Shown: positions 49,875 to 64,000, counted from the first letter of the stretch. The stretch: 64,000 nt of DNA from Octopus vulgaris (GCA_951406725.2 OX597829.1:52018001-52082000), one strand, 5' to 3'. A program made the numbers and translations. The notes: generated by a model from the letters alone, not told the origin.

Positions 49875-52800
49875 ATCATCATCATCATCATCATCATTTA
49901 GCGTCCGCTTTCTATGCTAGCATGGGTTGGACGGTTCAACTGGGGTCTGTGAAGCTGGAAGGCTTCGTCAGGCCCAGTCAAATCTGGCAGTGTTTCTACG
50001 GCTGGATGCCCTTCCTAACACTTTTTACGTGCCACCCGCACAGGTGCCAGACAGAGCTGGCAAACGGCCACGAACGGATGGTGCTTTTACGTGTCACCGG
50101 CACGGGGGCTATTATGTTAAACTGTCGTATATTCAAATTTGGCGTTATGTGGTTGGCATTAGGTAGGGCATTCAGCTGTAGAAACTCTGCCAGATCAGAC
50201 TGGAGCCTGGTGCAGCCTCCTGGCTTCCCAGACCCCAGTGGAACCGTCCAACCCATGCTAGCAAGGAAAACGGACGTTAAACGATGATGATGATGATTTA
50301 TTTTTGCTTGCAATAGCCTGCTCTTTTGGTCAAACTATTGTATCTCCAGCTTCTTCAGATGCCAAGATATCAAAAATTATCAAAGTGTAGCACAACGGTT
50401 TTGCTATAGAATGCTGAAACTTTTTTTTTTTTTTTTGTTTTCTGAAAAAGTAATATTTTGGACTTACGACACTTTTGCATTATAACAACGAAATATATTC
50501 ATGTATATGTTTGTGTATCTGTCTCCCCCTGCCCCACCACCATCGCTTGACAAACGATGTTGGTGTGTTTATGTCCCCGTAACAAAGCAGTTCGGCAAAA
50601 GAAACCGACAGAATAAGTACTAGGCTTACAAAGAATAAGTCCTAGGGTTGATTTGTTCGACTAAAGGTGGTGCTCCAGCATGGCCGCAGTTAAATGACAG
50701 AAACAAGTTAAAGAATAAAAGAATATATATCTTTCTCCTTCCGATTTTAGACAAATCCGTACGAGTTACTTCCCTTACACTATTATTCTTTCCTTTCTCA
50801 CACACATTAAGCTATATATAATTTTTCATTATACATATATATTCTTTTATGCCTATCACATTGTTTTGCTTTACTTCCTACCTTTACGACTCTAAGTATC
50901 AAATATCTACACCCACCAACAACAGTTGTACACTAAATCCTCATTATATTATCTAACCTGGATTCAACTAGTGCACTACCATTTAGCATTCAGATTACTT
51001 TGTCAAATGTAATCCTTATTTCTTCACATTGTTTTGCATTAATCATGCATTATCTCATAGCTTTGAGATTTCAATGTGGTGATTGTTTAGTTTTAGAAAT
51101 GGCACTGTAGGACAGGTGGAGTGGTTGGCATTGGGAAGCGAATCCAACCACAGAAAACCATGCCAAATCGGTCAGGAGTCTGGTGCAGCCTCCAAGTGTA
51201 CCCAGCCCGGTCAAACCATCCAACCCATACCAGCACAGACAATGGACATTAAATGATGATGGTGATGATGATGATGAAGTCACTGTCCTGTTTAGTAATC
51301 CATATTAAAGTTTTAAGAGTTTTATTTATTTTTTTTCTTTGCTTTTCTCAAACCCTACGACTCCTAAGGCTGGTTGCCCAGATTCCATGACATATAAGTG
51401 ATCAAGGTAACAACACTCCCCTAAACACCAGCGCAAGCAAAGTCAGTTTTGGTATGATTTTTACAGCTGGATGCCCTTCTGAATGCCAGCCACTTCACAG
51501 TGTGAACCAGATGCTTTTTACGTGGCACCAGCACTGGCAGGATCACCAATTAACTTGCAAGACAAGGAATTTTTGAGAGGGGAGGAAACATTGAGAGTGA
51601 TGGAAATTGTGAGGAAGCCTGTTGTGTAATATATATATGTGTTTGTGTGTCTTTATATCTGTGTTTGTCCCACTGACATTTAAGAGAGTATTAATTTCTA
51701 AGAAACAAATTTCTCAAAGGAGGGTTTGGAGAAGATTAAGAACATGGATTATAATCAACAGCACACAAAATTATTGATCCTGACCTTATGATACAAACTT
51801 CTTGTTTAAAGTTAAAATTTCAAGTTGATTTGTTTTAAATGTCATTTTAATAATCTTTCTTTTATAGTTTACTTGTTTCAGTCAGTAAACTATGGCCAAG
51901 CTGGGGCACTACTTTGAAGGGTTTTAATTGAACAAATTAACACCTGTTCTTATTTTAATGTCTGGTGCTTATTCTATCAGTCTCTTTTAGTGAACTACTA
52001 AGTTACAGAGACTTAAGCAAACCAACACTGGTTGTCAAGTGGTGGTGTGACAAACATAAATGCAAAGATACACACACACACACACACACATATTTTATGA
52101 CAGGCTTCCACACAGTCTCTATCACACACAAATTCATTCAGAAGGTATTGGTCAGCCTGTGGCTCTAGCAGAAGACACTTGACCAAGATGTCATGCAATG
52201 AGACTGAACCTAGAACCATGTCGTTGCAAAACAGTTTCCTAACCACGTAGCCATGTCTGTGCCTAAATGACAAACTTATTCTACCAAATTCTTCATTATT
52301 CCAACATTAAGTGAAACAAAGGCAATGTCTCTCAACAGAAATATGGTATCAAGAGTTAAAGGAATTTAAATGTAAACTTTCTTCCATCAAAATTTCATGT
52401 TGGTTTATGTCTTAAACGATATTGATAAACATTAATTGTTATTTAACCCTGAGTCAGCCATGACTGAACATGGCCTATGATTTACTCCTTTGATTCTAAC
52501 CAACCTGATTCTATGATACAAACAGTATTTTCAAAATTAATTGAAACAAAGCACTGATTGTATTTCAACAGAAATATGGTAACAAAAGGGTTAAAGTGAT
52601 CTGTTTTTTTCTTCTTTTATATTTTTGGCAAAACATGGAGGTCTGTTTGTAAAATGCCATTTAGTGAAAGGTCAAGGATCACTGCTCTAAGGAAATTTCT
52701 ACTTAGGCAGGAAATTGGCGGAATCCTTAGAACATTGGATAAAATATCTTGCAGCTTTAGTCCCAGCCTTTAGAATTATGAGTTCAAATTTCGATTGAGT

Positions 52801-53853
52801 CAATTTTTCTGCCTTCCTTTCTCTTGAAGCTAATCAAGTAAAGAAACAATCCAGGATGGTAGAATTGTCAGGATGTCAAATAAAATTCTTTGTGGTAAAT
52901 GTTCTGATTCTTTACATTCTGAGAACCCAGACAGGTTTTGTGAACTTCTATGTATATAGTGAACAAGGTGTCTTGTGAAAAACACCAAAGTGAAGGTAAT
53001 GGAAGCCGTCTCTGTATTCTCCCTTGAAAATTCTACAGCAATCACATGGCACATGTCATAAAAATGGGCGGAGTTTTTCTTTGTATAGCAGTGCTCCAGA
53101 GTGGCCGCAGCCAAGTGACTGAAAACCAGACATTTAATTTGCTGAATGCCATTGCTAACATAAAACTCAAATCTGTTACACTTACAAGTTTGGCTATAGT
53201 TGGCAAAGGCATTACACAAATGCAATAAAATACATCTATTAATTTCTTGCAGGCAAGCTCTGTGGGTAACAAATTAGCTTCCCAACTAGATAGTTTCAGG
53301 TTCAGCCCCACAGTGAAGCACCTTGAGCAAGTGGCTTTTACTTTAGGTTTGGGCCCACCAAGGCCTTGTGAGTGAATTTTTAGCAAACAAAGGCGTTGGC
53401 GTTAGGAAGGGCATCCAGCCGTAGAAACACTGCCAAATCTGACTGGGCCTGATGAAGCCTTCCGGCTTCACAGACTCCAGTTAAACCGTCCAACCCATGC
53501 TAGCATGGAAAACGGACGCTAAATGATGATGATGATGATGATGATGAAAGACCAAAAGTCTATCATGTGTATATGTGTCTCCTTGATTTCTTGTAAAGAA
53601 AAACAAATCTCAATTTTCAGAAGGCTTTGAGACCATACTTCATTAAAGGATAGTGATGAAAAAGGTGATGATGATGATGATGAGGATAATGACAGCAATA
53701 ATGACAATTATGTTGATGACAATGAAGATGATGATGAGGATAGCAAGGAAAATGAAAGAAAAGTAAAATGCAGGTATATATATATATATATTAAAACTTT
53801 GTAATAAAGTTTTTCAAAAGAAAAAGAAATTGCCAAAATCTGTTTAGATTTAC

Positions 53854-53961
53854 CTAAAGATGAGATGGGGTACTGTGCAGAAAATTCTGTTTGTATTCCA
53901 ACATCATTTGATACTTGCTGGAAAACCGATGTTATCACGCTCAGTAATTCCAAAAGAAATC
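53854..53961 (-). CDS. OFD1: OFD1 exon (108 nt)
   Basis: ttgcag|GATTT...TTTAG|gtaaat; GFLLELLSVITSVFQQVSNDVGIQTEFSAQYPISSL; phase 1/1. Confidence 0.9.
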
Positions 53962-54287
53962 CTGCAATTAAAAATATATGTGTATAGAAACACACCTCAA
54001 CAGCATTTCATGTTATGCTTATTTTGACTTTGCGTAATTTTTTCTTTTTAAAGAAATTAATGGAGAAAAATAAACTTCAAGTTCAGTTGATTTATCTTTC
54101 TTTACACAGGTCTAAGTGAACATTTAAAAGTATAAGAATTAAAAGTAAAAACACCTAAAGATTAATTCTGAAGTGGAAAATCAAATGAAATACATGTGAA
54201 AATATGAAAGAAGCCATGTAAAAATGTATTTTTGTGTTATGTCATTTTTTGCATGTCTTGAAACCAATTAAACTGAGATATGTCTAT

Positions 54288-54652
54288 AATAATAATAATA
54301 ATGAAATTATTGTATACAGTGCTCAGGTGCACCACAACTTGTCAGAGTATATGCAGTAATGAACAAATGTCTGGAAAGTGAACAATGTATGAGTCAGCTA
54401 CATGCTTGTGTGTGTATGGAGGGGAGAAAATCAGGTGTAGTGTTGGCGAATCTCAGGAAGCATGGAAGTTTTGAAGGATGCAGTGCTTCGACAACTAACA
54501 ACTGATGCCGGCAGTTTGTTCCACGCTTTAGCAACTCTCAGCGTGAAAAAATGTTTCCTGAAGTCATGGGAGCTGTGCTGTTTTCTGACTTTGTAAATAT
54601 GTCCACGGGTGTTAGATGGGTGGAGTTTGAAAAGGTGCTCAGAGTTATTGTT
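54288..54652 (-). mobile_element. CR1/L2-type LINE 3' end
   Basis: HDFRKHFFTLRVAKAWNKLPASVV; same family as 33060-33332. Confidence 0.8.
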
Positions 54653-55869
54653 ATATATAATTAATTAGAAGGATCTATAGACACTGGGACTCACAGAGAG
54701 GATGACAGGGTACCGAGACGCCTGGCAGTCTGGTGTACTTGAGAAGATATGTCAAGCTAAGTAAAAACATGCGGTTCTTGCATACAGGCTTGTCCCATGC
54801 ATCCTTCTTCAGCTGAGCATTCCTAATCTTGCAGGCTGGTGCCACATAAAAAGCATCCATACCGGTGCCACATAAGTACATCCGTGCCGGTGCTGCATAG
54901 AGCACACCCAGTACACTCTTTAAAGTGGTTAGCATTAAGAAGGGTATCCAGCTGTAGAAACCCTGCCAAAACAGACATGGAGCTTGAACAGCTGGTCAGC
55001 TCCTGTCAAACTGTCCAACCCATGCCAGCATGGAAAAACCCAGATCATTATCATCATCATCAGCAGCAACAGCAGCATTATTTTAATACCATGCTTCCAT
55101 GAAATCAAGGTGTGATGAAGTCAGCAGCATTTGCAGGAAAGACCTCATTCTTACATTATGCTTACATGTGATCTCATCATTCGTTGGATTTGAACAAACT
55201 ACTCATTAACAAATATTCCTTCATCTTCTCTGTGTCTGCTTGAAACAATTTCATCCTGTATATATCAAAGAACAATCTGTCACCAACCCCACCATGACCT
55301 TCTCTCCAACCTTGGACCCTATAGCATGATCATTTCCTAATGAAAAACATGGTTCTAAGTTTCAATTAATCATGAAAATCATTGAGAATTTGGAAGGATT
55401 TTGTAAAACATCTGATATTTTTCATTAATTAATAAATTAAAAAGAATGATGGATTGATAGAATCTTTAGAGCCACAGAAAATTTGCTTCAATGAATTCTA
55501 TCTGACCCATGCAAGCTTGGGAAAAATGGACATTAAAACAATGATGATGCCAGTGATGGCAACGATGATGAGGGGGATGAATATTTCTAAAATGGGAACC
55601 TTTATATCATAGAACAAGAGGTGGTCTTAAGTGAGTTAGAATCAAACAAGTTAATAATATTCCTCAAATTGCAAGAACAAATTATTTATTTGTGGGTTTA
55701 AATTTTAGCTTAAATGCATTTATTTTGGTCAAATTTTGAAAAAATGATTTGGCCATTTCCCTTCCTGATTATAAAGAACGTGTTTAATTGAAATGTAGAA
55801 TTCATGATATGTATGTATGCAATTAAAGAAAAAATTAAATAATTAATAAATTATTAAAATTGGTATTAC

Positions 55870-55900
55870 CGTTTTTTGAATCATTTTCCGTATTTGATAG
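55870..55900 (-). CDS. OFD1: OFD1 micro-exon (31 nt)
   Basis: tttaag|CTATCA...AAACG|gtaata; LSNTENDSKN(G); supplies the phase 0 to 1 shift needed by the next exon. Confidence 0.85.
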
Positions 55901-56149
55901 CTTAAAAAAAAAAAAAAAGAAAAGAAATTTGAAAGCAAAATTACAATTTTAATGGTTATTTTTATATTTTATTTGTTTCGGTCATTGGACGGCGGTCAAG
56001 CAAATCGACTTAGCGGTTTGGCAAAAGAGAATGATAGAATAAGTACTAGGCTTACAAAGAATAAGTCCTGGGGTTGATTTGCTCGACTAAAGGCAGTGCT
56101 CCAGCATGGTCACAGTTAAATGATTGAAACAAGTAAAAATATATATATA

Positions 56150-57316
56150 TACAAGGTGCAATCTGGAAGCTTTGAGGCTTCTCCAAGAGAGACATTTATT
56201 AATTCCAAAGAAATACAAAACTCTAATCTCCTTCAAATTAGGATGATCCTCTCACTCCAATGCACTTGCTTTAGTCCTTCAGCCCCTTCGTGAAGGCCCC
56301 ATCAAAGTGCTCCAAAGTGAAGGTATCCAGGACCCTTGTCACAACCTCTTTCATCTCCTCAATGTCTTCAAACCGACTGTCCTTGAGGGTTTCCTTCAGT
56401 TTGGGGGACAACCCAAAGTCACATGAACATGGTCTTGGATGTAGGGAGGGTGAGAAACAGTTTTGATGCCCATCTTTGTCAAGTACTTGGTTACCATCAT
56501 CATCCAGAAAATTGAGAATTTTCTCAACCAGCTCTGATGTCCATCTCCCTCCCACACCTCTCATTGTCTCTCACCTTCTCTCTTACCATCCTTGAACATC
56601 TTGTTTCCAGTGAAAACCAGATGCTTGGCTCATACAGTTCAACCGATAAGCAGTCTGGAGCATTTCATGAGTTCCTGTGCTCAGTTTAACATAAAACAAT
56701 ACTGCACAGCAAACCTTCAAATTGTCCCCACATTACTCTTACTCTTTTACTTGTTTCAGTCATTTGACTGCGGCCATGCTGGAGCACCGCCTTTAGTCGA
56801 GCAAATCGACCCCGGGACTTGTTCTTTGTAAGCCCAGTACTTATTCTATCGGTCTCTTTTGCCGAACCGCTAAGTGACGGGGACGTAAACACACCAGCAT
56901 CGGTTGTCAAGCAATGCTAGGGGGACAAACACAGACACACAAACATACACACACTCACTTATATATATATATACATATATACGACAGGCTTCTTTCAGTT
57001 TTCGTTTACCAAATCCACTCAGAAGGCATTGGTCGGCCCGGGGCTATAGCAGAAGACACTTGCCCAAGATGCCACGCAGTGGAACTGAACCCGAAACCAT
57101 GTGGTTGGTTAGCAAGCTACTTACCACACAGCCACTCCTGGCTGCATTCTACAAATTAGTCAGCTGTGACAAGCAATGTTTATTAGCATGTGTTCAAAGT
57201 TTAGAATAAAAAAAGTTGGCAGCTTAGCTTATTTAGAAGTGTAGTAATGATATGCTAAAAATAAGGTAATCTGCTGCTCCTGAAAAAGTTTCAAAACTTC
57301 TGGAATGCACCTTGTG
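56150..57316 (-). mobile_element. Decayed mariner transposon with nested SINE (about 56735-57140)
   Basis: TIRs acaaggtgcaatctggaagctttga / tcaaaacttctggaatgcaccttgt; CDFGLSPKLKETLKDSRFEDIEEMK. Confidence 0.85.
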
Positions 57317-59216
57317 TGTGTGTCTCCTTGTCCTGACATTGTATGATAGTCATAAAATGCTTGTCACTGTCATATAAGCAATGCCATTTGTTTCCAATCT
57401 TCTGTGAGAACACGTCTGGCCATAGGGAAATATTACCTTGTGCTTGGAAACAAGCGAGGGTTGGCAACAGGAAGGGCATCCATCTATAGAAAATCTGCTT
57501 CAATAAAAACTCTGTCCAACCCATGCAAGCATGGAAAAACAGGTACTGAAATTATGATGATGATGATGATGATAAACAAGAGGAGATTTTGTGGTGCTTT
57601 ACGTTTTTGCCTGGGGAGACCGACTCATTTTCTTCTTCCTCACCGAGTCTTGCTATGCTTGTAGCAGGAAGCAGCTGTGTATCAAGATATCACAGCAATC
57701 TCTCAGACCAGAGGTCATGTACAAATGCTTGCAACAGAGCTGGAGTCTGCTAAATGCAACCAATGACCATCTGGTGTTGGTAAGCAGCTTATCTAGTTGA
57801 AGTTCATCATCTAACTTAATTATTTAAGTAAAGTACTATGTATTAATCCTTCAGGATTTAAACTGGCCCAAATATTCTGCCTGTCTTCTGCCCAAAGCAG
57901 CCAGTTTAGCTTCCTTCACCTACCCTACAATGTGATTCTAAAAAATAACAATCACCTCATCAAAATCTCAAAACTACAAGATAATGCATGATTAATCCAA
58001 AACAATCATCATCATCATCGTTTAACATCTGTTTTCCATGCTAGCATGGGTTGGACGGTTCGACTGGGGATCTGGGAAGCCAGAAGGCTGCACCAGGCTC
58101 CAGTCTTATCTGGCAATGTTTCTACAGCTGGATGCCCTTCCTAACGCTAACCACTCCGTGAGTGTAGTGGGTGCTTTTTACATGCCACCCGCACAGGTGC
58201 CAGGTGAGGCTGGCAACGGCCATGGTCAGATTGGTGCATTTTACGTGCCACCAGCACGGAAGCCAGTCGAGGCGGCGCTGGCATCGGCCACGATTCGGAT
58301 AGTGCTTTTTACGTACCACCAGTCCAGGGGTCCTGGCATCTGCCGGGTGCCAGTCATAGGATTGGTTAATAAATAAGCATTACATTCAACATATTAATCT
58401 GATTGTTAAAGGGTTAATGTTGTTTCAGTTATGCCTTACAAACATTAATTAAGTATTTGATTGAAATGAATAGCTACTCTTAGTGAAGAATTAACCCTTT
58501 CATTGCCATTTCTCTTGAAATATACTGAAGAATATAATGAAATATAATGAAGAATTTAATAAAATAATTAATTTCAGTATTTTGTCTGCAAGATTCTTGA
58601 TGTGAACTGATGTGTCAAAAAAACATTTTATTGTATCTTAGGTGGATCATTATGCCAATAATACACATGCACTGGTTCTGTTTCATAACCATTTAACCAG
58701 GGCATGTCATAGATGGGGTCATGAATGGCAATGAAAGGACTTTGAAACAAACCTAGCTGATTGATTGACTGAACAATTAATCAAATAACCAATTAGTTAA
58801 TTGGTTAGTTAGCCAATTAAGAAACAAGAATGAAGAAGTGAAATAGAACCAGTGCATGTGTTTATAGTTGGCATAATGACCCTCCTAAAATACAACAAAA
58901 TTACTAGAATAACTTTGTCATTATTAAGCAAGAGTTTGGAACATAAATTAACATGAAATTTTGATGGAAGATTTTAATTTAGATCATGTTAAATCATGGA
59001 AGTTTGTATCTTGGAATCAGGGAAGTCACAGGTGGGTGGTATGGTATCAAAAGGGTTAACACAATCAAGCCCGACCATTTTAGCTACTTTTTTCTTCTGA
59101 TTTTGTTGAAAAAGGACGCTTTTTTTATTTAAAAAAAATTAAAGCTTTTTAAATTTAGATAGAATATCTTGCAAATACACTCAGTGAAATTAATGTTGCT
59201 TTTAACAATCACTTAC

Positions 59217-59285
59217 TAATATTTTGTAAAGATCTGAATGTGGATTTATGTGGAGTAACCGCAGCAGTTCCTGGTTTGATAACAT
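59217..59285 (-). CDS. OFD1: OFD1 exon (69 nt)
   Basis: ttgcag|ATG...ATATTA|gtaagt; MLSNQELLRLLHINPHSDLYKIL, similar to the OFD1 LLQLIKINP.S.LYK motif. Confidence 0.92.
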
Positions 59286-61057
59286 CTGCAACAAGGCATA
59301 GAAGAAAAAAACATAATTAAAAGTTCATTTCCACAATAAATAAAGAAAATATAATTGTTTCATCATCATCCTCATTTAAAATCCATTTTCCATACTGGCA
59401 TGGGTTGGACAGTTTGACAGGAGCTGGCCAGCTGGGGAGCTGACCAGGCTCCAGTAGCCCGTTTTAGTATGGTTTCTATGGCTGGATGCCCTTCCTAACA
59501 CCAACCACTTTACAGAGTGTGCTGGGTGCTTGCTTCTATATATGTCATAAATCCTTTCATCATTATGAAGCCATGTAAAACACAGCCAGCACACTCTGAT
59601 AAATGGTTGGCATTAGGAAGGGCATCCACCAGTAAAAACCTTGCCAAAGTAGACACTGATCAAACCTCTGGCTCATATGGTCTTGTCAAACCATCTGACC
59701 CATACCAGACTGGAAAAGAGGATGTTAAATTACGAAGATGATCATGATGATATCTTCAGAATCTGATTACATATTTAATTTGCTCTGAGAAAGCTGATTA
59801 TATTAAAATAAATTCTAGTTAAAAAAGCATGCATATGCCTAAATGATATTAGATATACTCAGAATTCAACTAACTTTATTGGTAGGTTGATAGAGATTGT
59901 AACAAGAATGAAAATCACAATATTCCAGTTGTTGACCTTTAACTTCTACTTTTAATTTTAACTTTTCTTCACACCAGACTAAATATGTTTAACAGGGTGA
60001 GTGCATTAACCTGTGGTATTTTTAGCAATTGTTGTTGTAGTTGTTGCTTAGTTCTGACTCAGTCTTGATTGAGAAGATCCAGGCATGATCATTTGCCTAT
60101 CTGTAAGTACTGTGCACACCAAACATTGTCAGAATAGTTGGTATTAAAAAAAATGTTATAAAATCAGCTGTTTTCAATTAAAAAAATATGCAAAGTGGTT
60201 GGTGATAGAAAGTATACCCCCCAAAACAGCACAGTGCAATGTGAGATATAGATTTCATAATCTACCTAAGACTGAAGTAACTCCAGACACAAACTGATAT
60301 AAAGAGTAAATTAGCTGCAGACAACCATTCTGGTGCTGGTGCCAAGTAAAATTTATCCAGTGAATTCTGTCAGAGAAAACAACAACAAAATTGCTCAGTA
60401 TTACCTGTTACAGTATGTACCAGATAATGTTGAATTGCAATTAGGTCACAGGACATTATGAGGTCTTTTTATTTGACCTCCTCTATTTGTATTTATCTTT
60501 TTACTGCTACTACTCAGAACTCTCACCCATTCCTCTAAACATAAGTTATCATGCAGCTCCTTTAGAAGAACCTGTTCCTTACCACCGCTATTGAACTTTA
60601 ATCCCCATGTCTCCTAGTGTAAAGCTAGCCTTACCTCCCCCACTCCCATGTACTGCCATGAGTTTCTTAGTCTTGCAAGCTCCGTGGTAATCTGAATAGT
60701 GTTGGTGGCACAAAAAAAGTCATATGCATTGTAAGGTGGTTGGTGTTGGGAAGGGCAGCCAGCCATAGAAATCATGCCAAAGCAGACAATTGGCGCATGA
60801 TACAGTCCTTAGATGCACTGGATCCTGTCAAACTGTCTAATCCATGCCAACACGGAATATGGACATTAAATGATGATGATAATTCTCTTCTGTTTCCTTA
60901 ATAGTTGGTCCATAATTCAAGAGATGTTCACTACTCAATAATTGGTGCAATCTGCTTCCACTGTAATCTACTCAGTTATACTGACTTTTTTTCATGATAG
61001 TCCATTTTAAATGTTAAATGTTGCTTACCATTATATGTATTAATCATCAATACTATA

Positions 61058-61512
61058 TATTGGGTCATCCCATAAATAATGTGGGTTTTTTAAAAAATTA
61101 AGGTATTTGACCAGGGTCTGTAGGACGTCCTCATTGAGCTCTACAGATCGTCTTCTAGACTGTCGTTTCTGGATTGGAATTTCTGGAATCACCATTGACA
61201 CTGTCTTATGCTTATTGTCCAATCCCCAATATACTGCATTAATATTCCTCACACTTTTTGTTGCATTGTTGCCTTTATTGAACTCATAAAACAAAATATG
61301 CCGAATATGCTCCTTTGTCACTTCCATTATAGGTTTGAAAAAATAATTGTTAAAATCGAACTGCACTCTTCAAAACTTACACTAAGAATAAGTCAAAGGT
61401 AAAATTACTATTTGCTTTTAAGGCAATTTGATGCAAGTAGTTTATCGCATCTTCTTCCAAATTTTATTTCATGCAATTGAAAAAACCGCATTGTTTGTGG
61501 GATGACCCACTA
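61058..61512 (-). mobile_element. Internally deleted mariner element
   Basis: TA-flanked TIRs ttgggtcatcccataaataatg / cattgtttgtgggatgaccca; N-terminus MEVTKEHIRHILFYEFNKGNNATKSVRNINAVY. Confidence 0.9.
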
Positions 61513-62139
61513 TAAAAATGGAGATCCTAAAACCAAGGTGTCATGTAAAAAGCATTGGTGTGGGTGCTGATGCCACTTGTAAAAGCACTAGTGGTGCTGT
61601 TATGTAAAAAGCACCCAGTACACTCTGTGGAGTGATTGATATTAGGCACAGCATGCAACCACAGAAATCAAGTCAAAACAGACTACGGAACCTGGTGCGA
61701 CCCCTGGCCCTGCCAGTCCCTGTCAAGCCATCCAACTCATGCCAGCATGGAAAACGGATGTTGATTGATGATTATGATGATAAACAAGTTTGTTGTATTT
61801 TCTTTTTTCTCTTCTACCACAATGCACTTTGCTTCTCTAAATTTTCTACCTCTAAATCACACAGTAGTTAATTTCTCTAATGTGCACCAACTTCTTTTGC
61901 CATCAGGCCTCAAGTTCTTCTTCTTTTTCTTCAGAATATGCATAGTATTAGCTTTCTTGCTGATATTATTTGGTCTGTAGTTAAATCTACAAAATTTGAA
62001 GCTGGGGATCAATTGCAAACAACAGCCATTCTATTTATATCACACTCTGGAAAGATTTAAAATATTTACAAGCATGCTTCTCTTCTGTTCATTGGCCTAA
62101 ATAAATGAAACAAACTTGCAAGCCAGCAATCCAACTTAC

Positions 62140-62343
62140 TTTATCTTGTGCTATTCCACTTTCTGGCATAAATACACTCAAGCTGTATTCATACTGACAT
62201 TTTTGAAGATGGTCTGCTACAAGACTGTTACTGGCTCTTAATAGAATTGATTGGGATCCATCAGCAGAGGAAATAGGTTTCTCTAAGAGGTTACCTGGAA
62301 CACATTTTTGAAGTTCTTCCACAAGAAGATGTCGCATCTGGGT
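62140..62343 (-). CDS. OFD1: OFD1 exon (204 nt, LisH region)
   Basis: ttag|ACCCAGATG...GATAAA|gtaagt; TQMRHLLVEELQ...ASNSLVADHLQKCQYEYSLSVFMPESGIAQDK; phase 0/0. Confidence 0.95.
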
Positions 62344-62385
62344 CTAAAGATGAAAAAAAAATATGCATCTACACCAGTGTGTGTG

Positions 62386-62426
<41 letters not shown>

Positions 62427-62555
62427 ACAGAGAGAAAGAGAGAGACAGACAAACAGAGAGACAGAAAGTACTGTTCTGTAATTGGTGCAACCAACAAACA
62501 AAAGTATTTCATCATGTGAGAGATATGCATCATTTAATATAAATATGATTTAATT

Positions 62556-62714
62556 GTGAGCTATTATTAGTTTCATGCCACTGAAAATATGATGGTCAGA
62601 CAAGCTTGTATAATGTGCAAAATCTGAACAATTGCCTTGAAATACACTGCATACTATACAAGCTTGTCTGACCAACATATTTTCAGGGGCATAACACTAA
62701 TCGTAGCTTGCACA
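62556..62714. repeat. Imperfect hairpin (arms about 65 bp)
   Basis: ctgaaaatatgatggtcagacaagcttgtata versus tatacaagcttgtctgaccaacatattttcag. Confidence 0.85.
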
Positions 62715-62936
62715 TATGTATGTATATGCATATAAAACTGACATGAATTCTCCAAATCCAATATATAAATGGCACAGTGAAGATTTGTAAAACATTCCAG
62801 AAATTCTCCCTGTGAGATTTTAATGTGAACAGATGCACACGTTTGGGTGTCAGCATCGACAGTTCAATGAACACAATAACTCAACCACATATTCACAAAC
62901 ACTGGGAACTTTCTTAACTTTAAAAAGTCTTGTAGT

Positions 62937-63176
62937 AAAGATTGTTTGCCAACATAACATGGCTGTCCTGGTTTAGGACTAATGTTGCTGTGATTTAGCC
63001 CCAGGAGACATCATTTCCAGCTGGCTCTACGACACAATATGTGTCCTTATATTTTCGAAAATGTAAGGACACATATTGTGTCGTAGAGCCAGCTGGAGAC
63101 GATGTCTCCTGGGGCTAAATCACAGCAACATTAGTCCTAAACCAGGACTGCCATGTTATGTTGGCAAACAATCTTT
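62937..63176. repeat. Near-perfect 240-bp palindrome
   Basis: aaagattgtttgccaac...gttggcaaacaatcttt, centred on ttttcgaaaa, with about 4 mismatches. Confidence 0.95.
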
Positions 63177-64000
63177 TCTCCAAATTACTGTCGCTGAATA
63201 TCTCACGTTGTGAGATTTAAAAATAGTAATTTTCTAATTCAAAAAGTCTTGTTACTTTGTTAGCAACCGGCTTGAACTCTCTCAAGTTTTTTTAATTAAA
63301 CTCAAAGAAAACTCATTAATTCATTCATACAAACAAACAATGGTTGATTTTTTTTTTTGTGCATTACTACATATTCAGGCCTGAAAATTTTACAAAATTG
63401 CAAAAATTACAAACACACATAAATGGAAATCTTTTTTTTTGGGGGGGGGGGGGGGGAGAATACACACAGCCGGTGTTTAGGGTTAGTTTTAGGGTTAAGG
63501 CTTTTGTTACGCCGAAAACGGGTGGTCTGCGTATTCTTTTACCTCCGCCCTTTTTTTAAATGAAGACCATGAAAAAGAACATATAGTCCTTCCATACGAT
63601 AAATCATGTTATCCTATTGCAAGATGACACCATAAGAGTGCATTTGAGAAACGGGAATGAGTTGAAAGTTAGATGTTCCTAAGGAATAACCTATACCAAC
63701 CGCTAGCAGTTGAATACTGGTGGAATAATTTAACAGAATAGGATGAGACCAAAAGAGTTAAGTGATAGTGGTGGACATAGGGGCCTGTGGATCAAACGAT
63801 TCCACCACGACCATCTCATCTTGCTATTTTGAAATAGAAAGATGTGGTTTGTGAGAAATCTAGTTGTTAATTTCTAGGGAGTCAGCGACAATGTAGGGTC
63901 GCCTTCGTTTGATAGTATTTATCCATATAGGACAGGAAGGCATTATTCTCAATAACAAACGTTGTAGTATCATTGTTAACTGCTTCGAAGGTAAGAAAAA

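Noticed and set aside
63475-63500. TTAGGG-like repeats
   Set aside because: Only 2-3 degenerate units; not an interstitial telomere array.

Overview
Eukaryotic, AT-rich, repeat-dense genomic DNA. The SINE/RTE/microsatellite landscape suggests a coleoid cephalopod, probably Octopus (inference). Almost all ORFs in the supplied track are spurious. The real coding content is one spliced minus-strand gene, an OFD1 (centriole/basal-body, LisH + coiled-coil) orthologue. I traced 20 GT-AG exons between 62343 and 1354 that join in frame (2153 nt, about 717 codons); the first and last exons appear to lie outside the window. The introns contain tRNA-derived SINEs, RTE and CR1-like LINE relics, mariner/Tc1/pogo/hAT/piggyBac-type elements and microsatellites. 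Two things are not explained by ordinary annotation. First, about ten type-I hammerhead-ribozyme-like motifs from several sequence families, many with a long stem II and a palindromic stem III; they probably derive from Penelope-like elements and most are decayed. Second, many long fold-back or inverted duplications, one of which brackets a coding exon. All coordinates and pairings were read by eye, so repeat boundaries are approximate.
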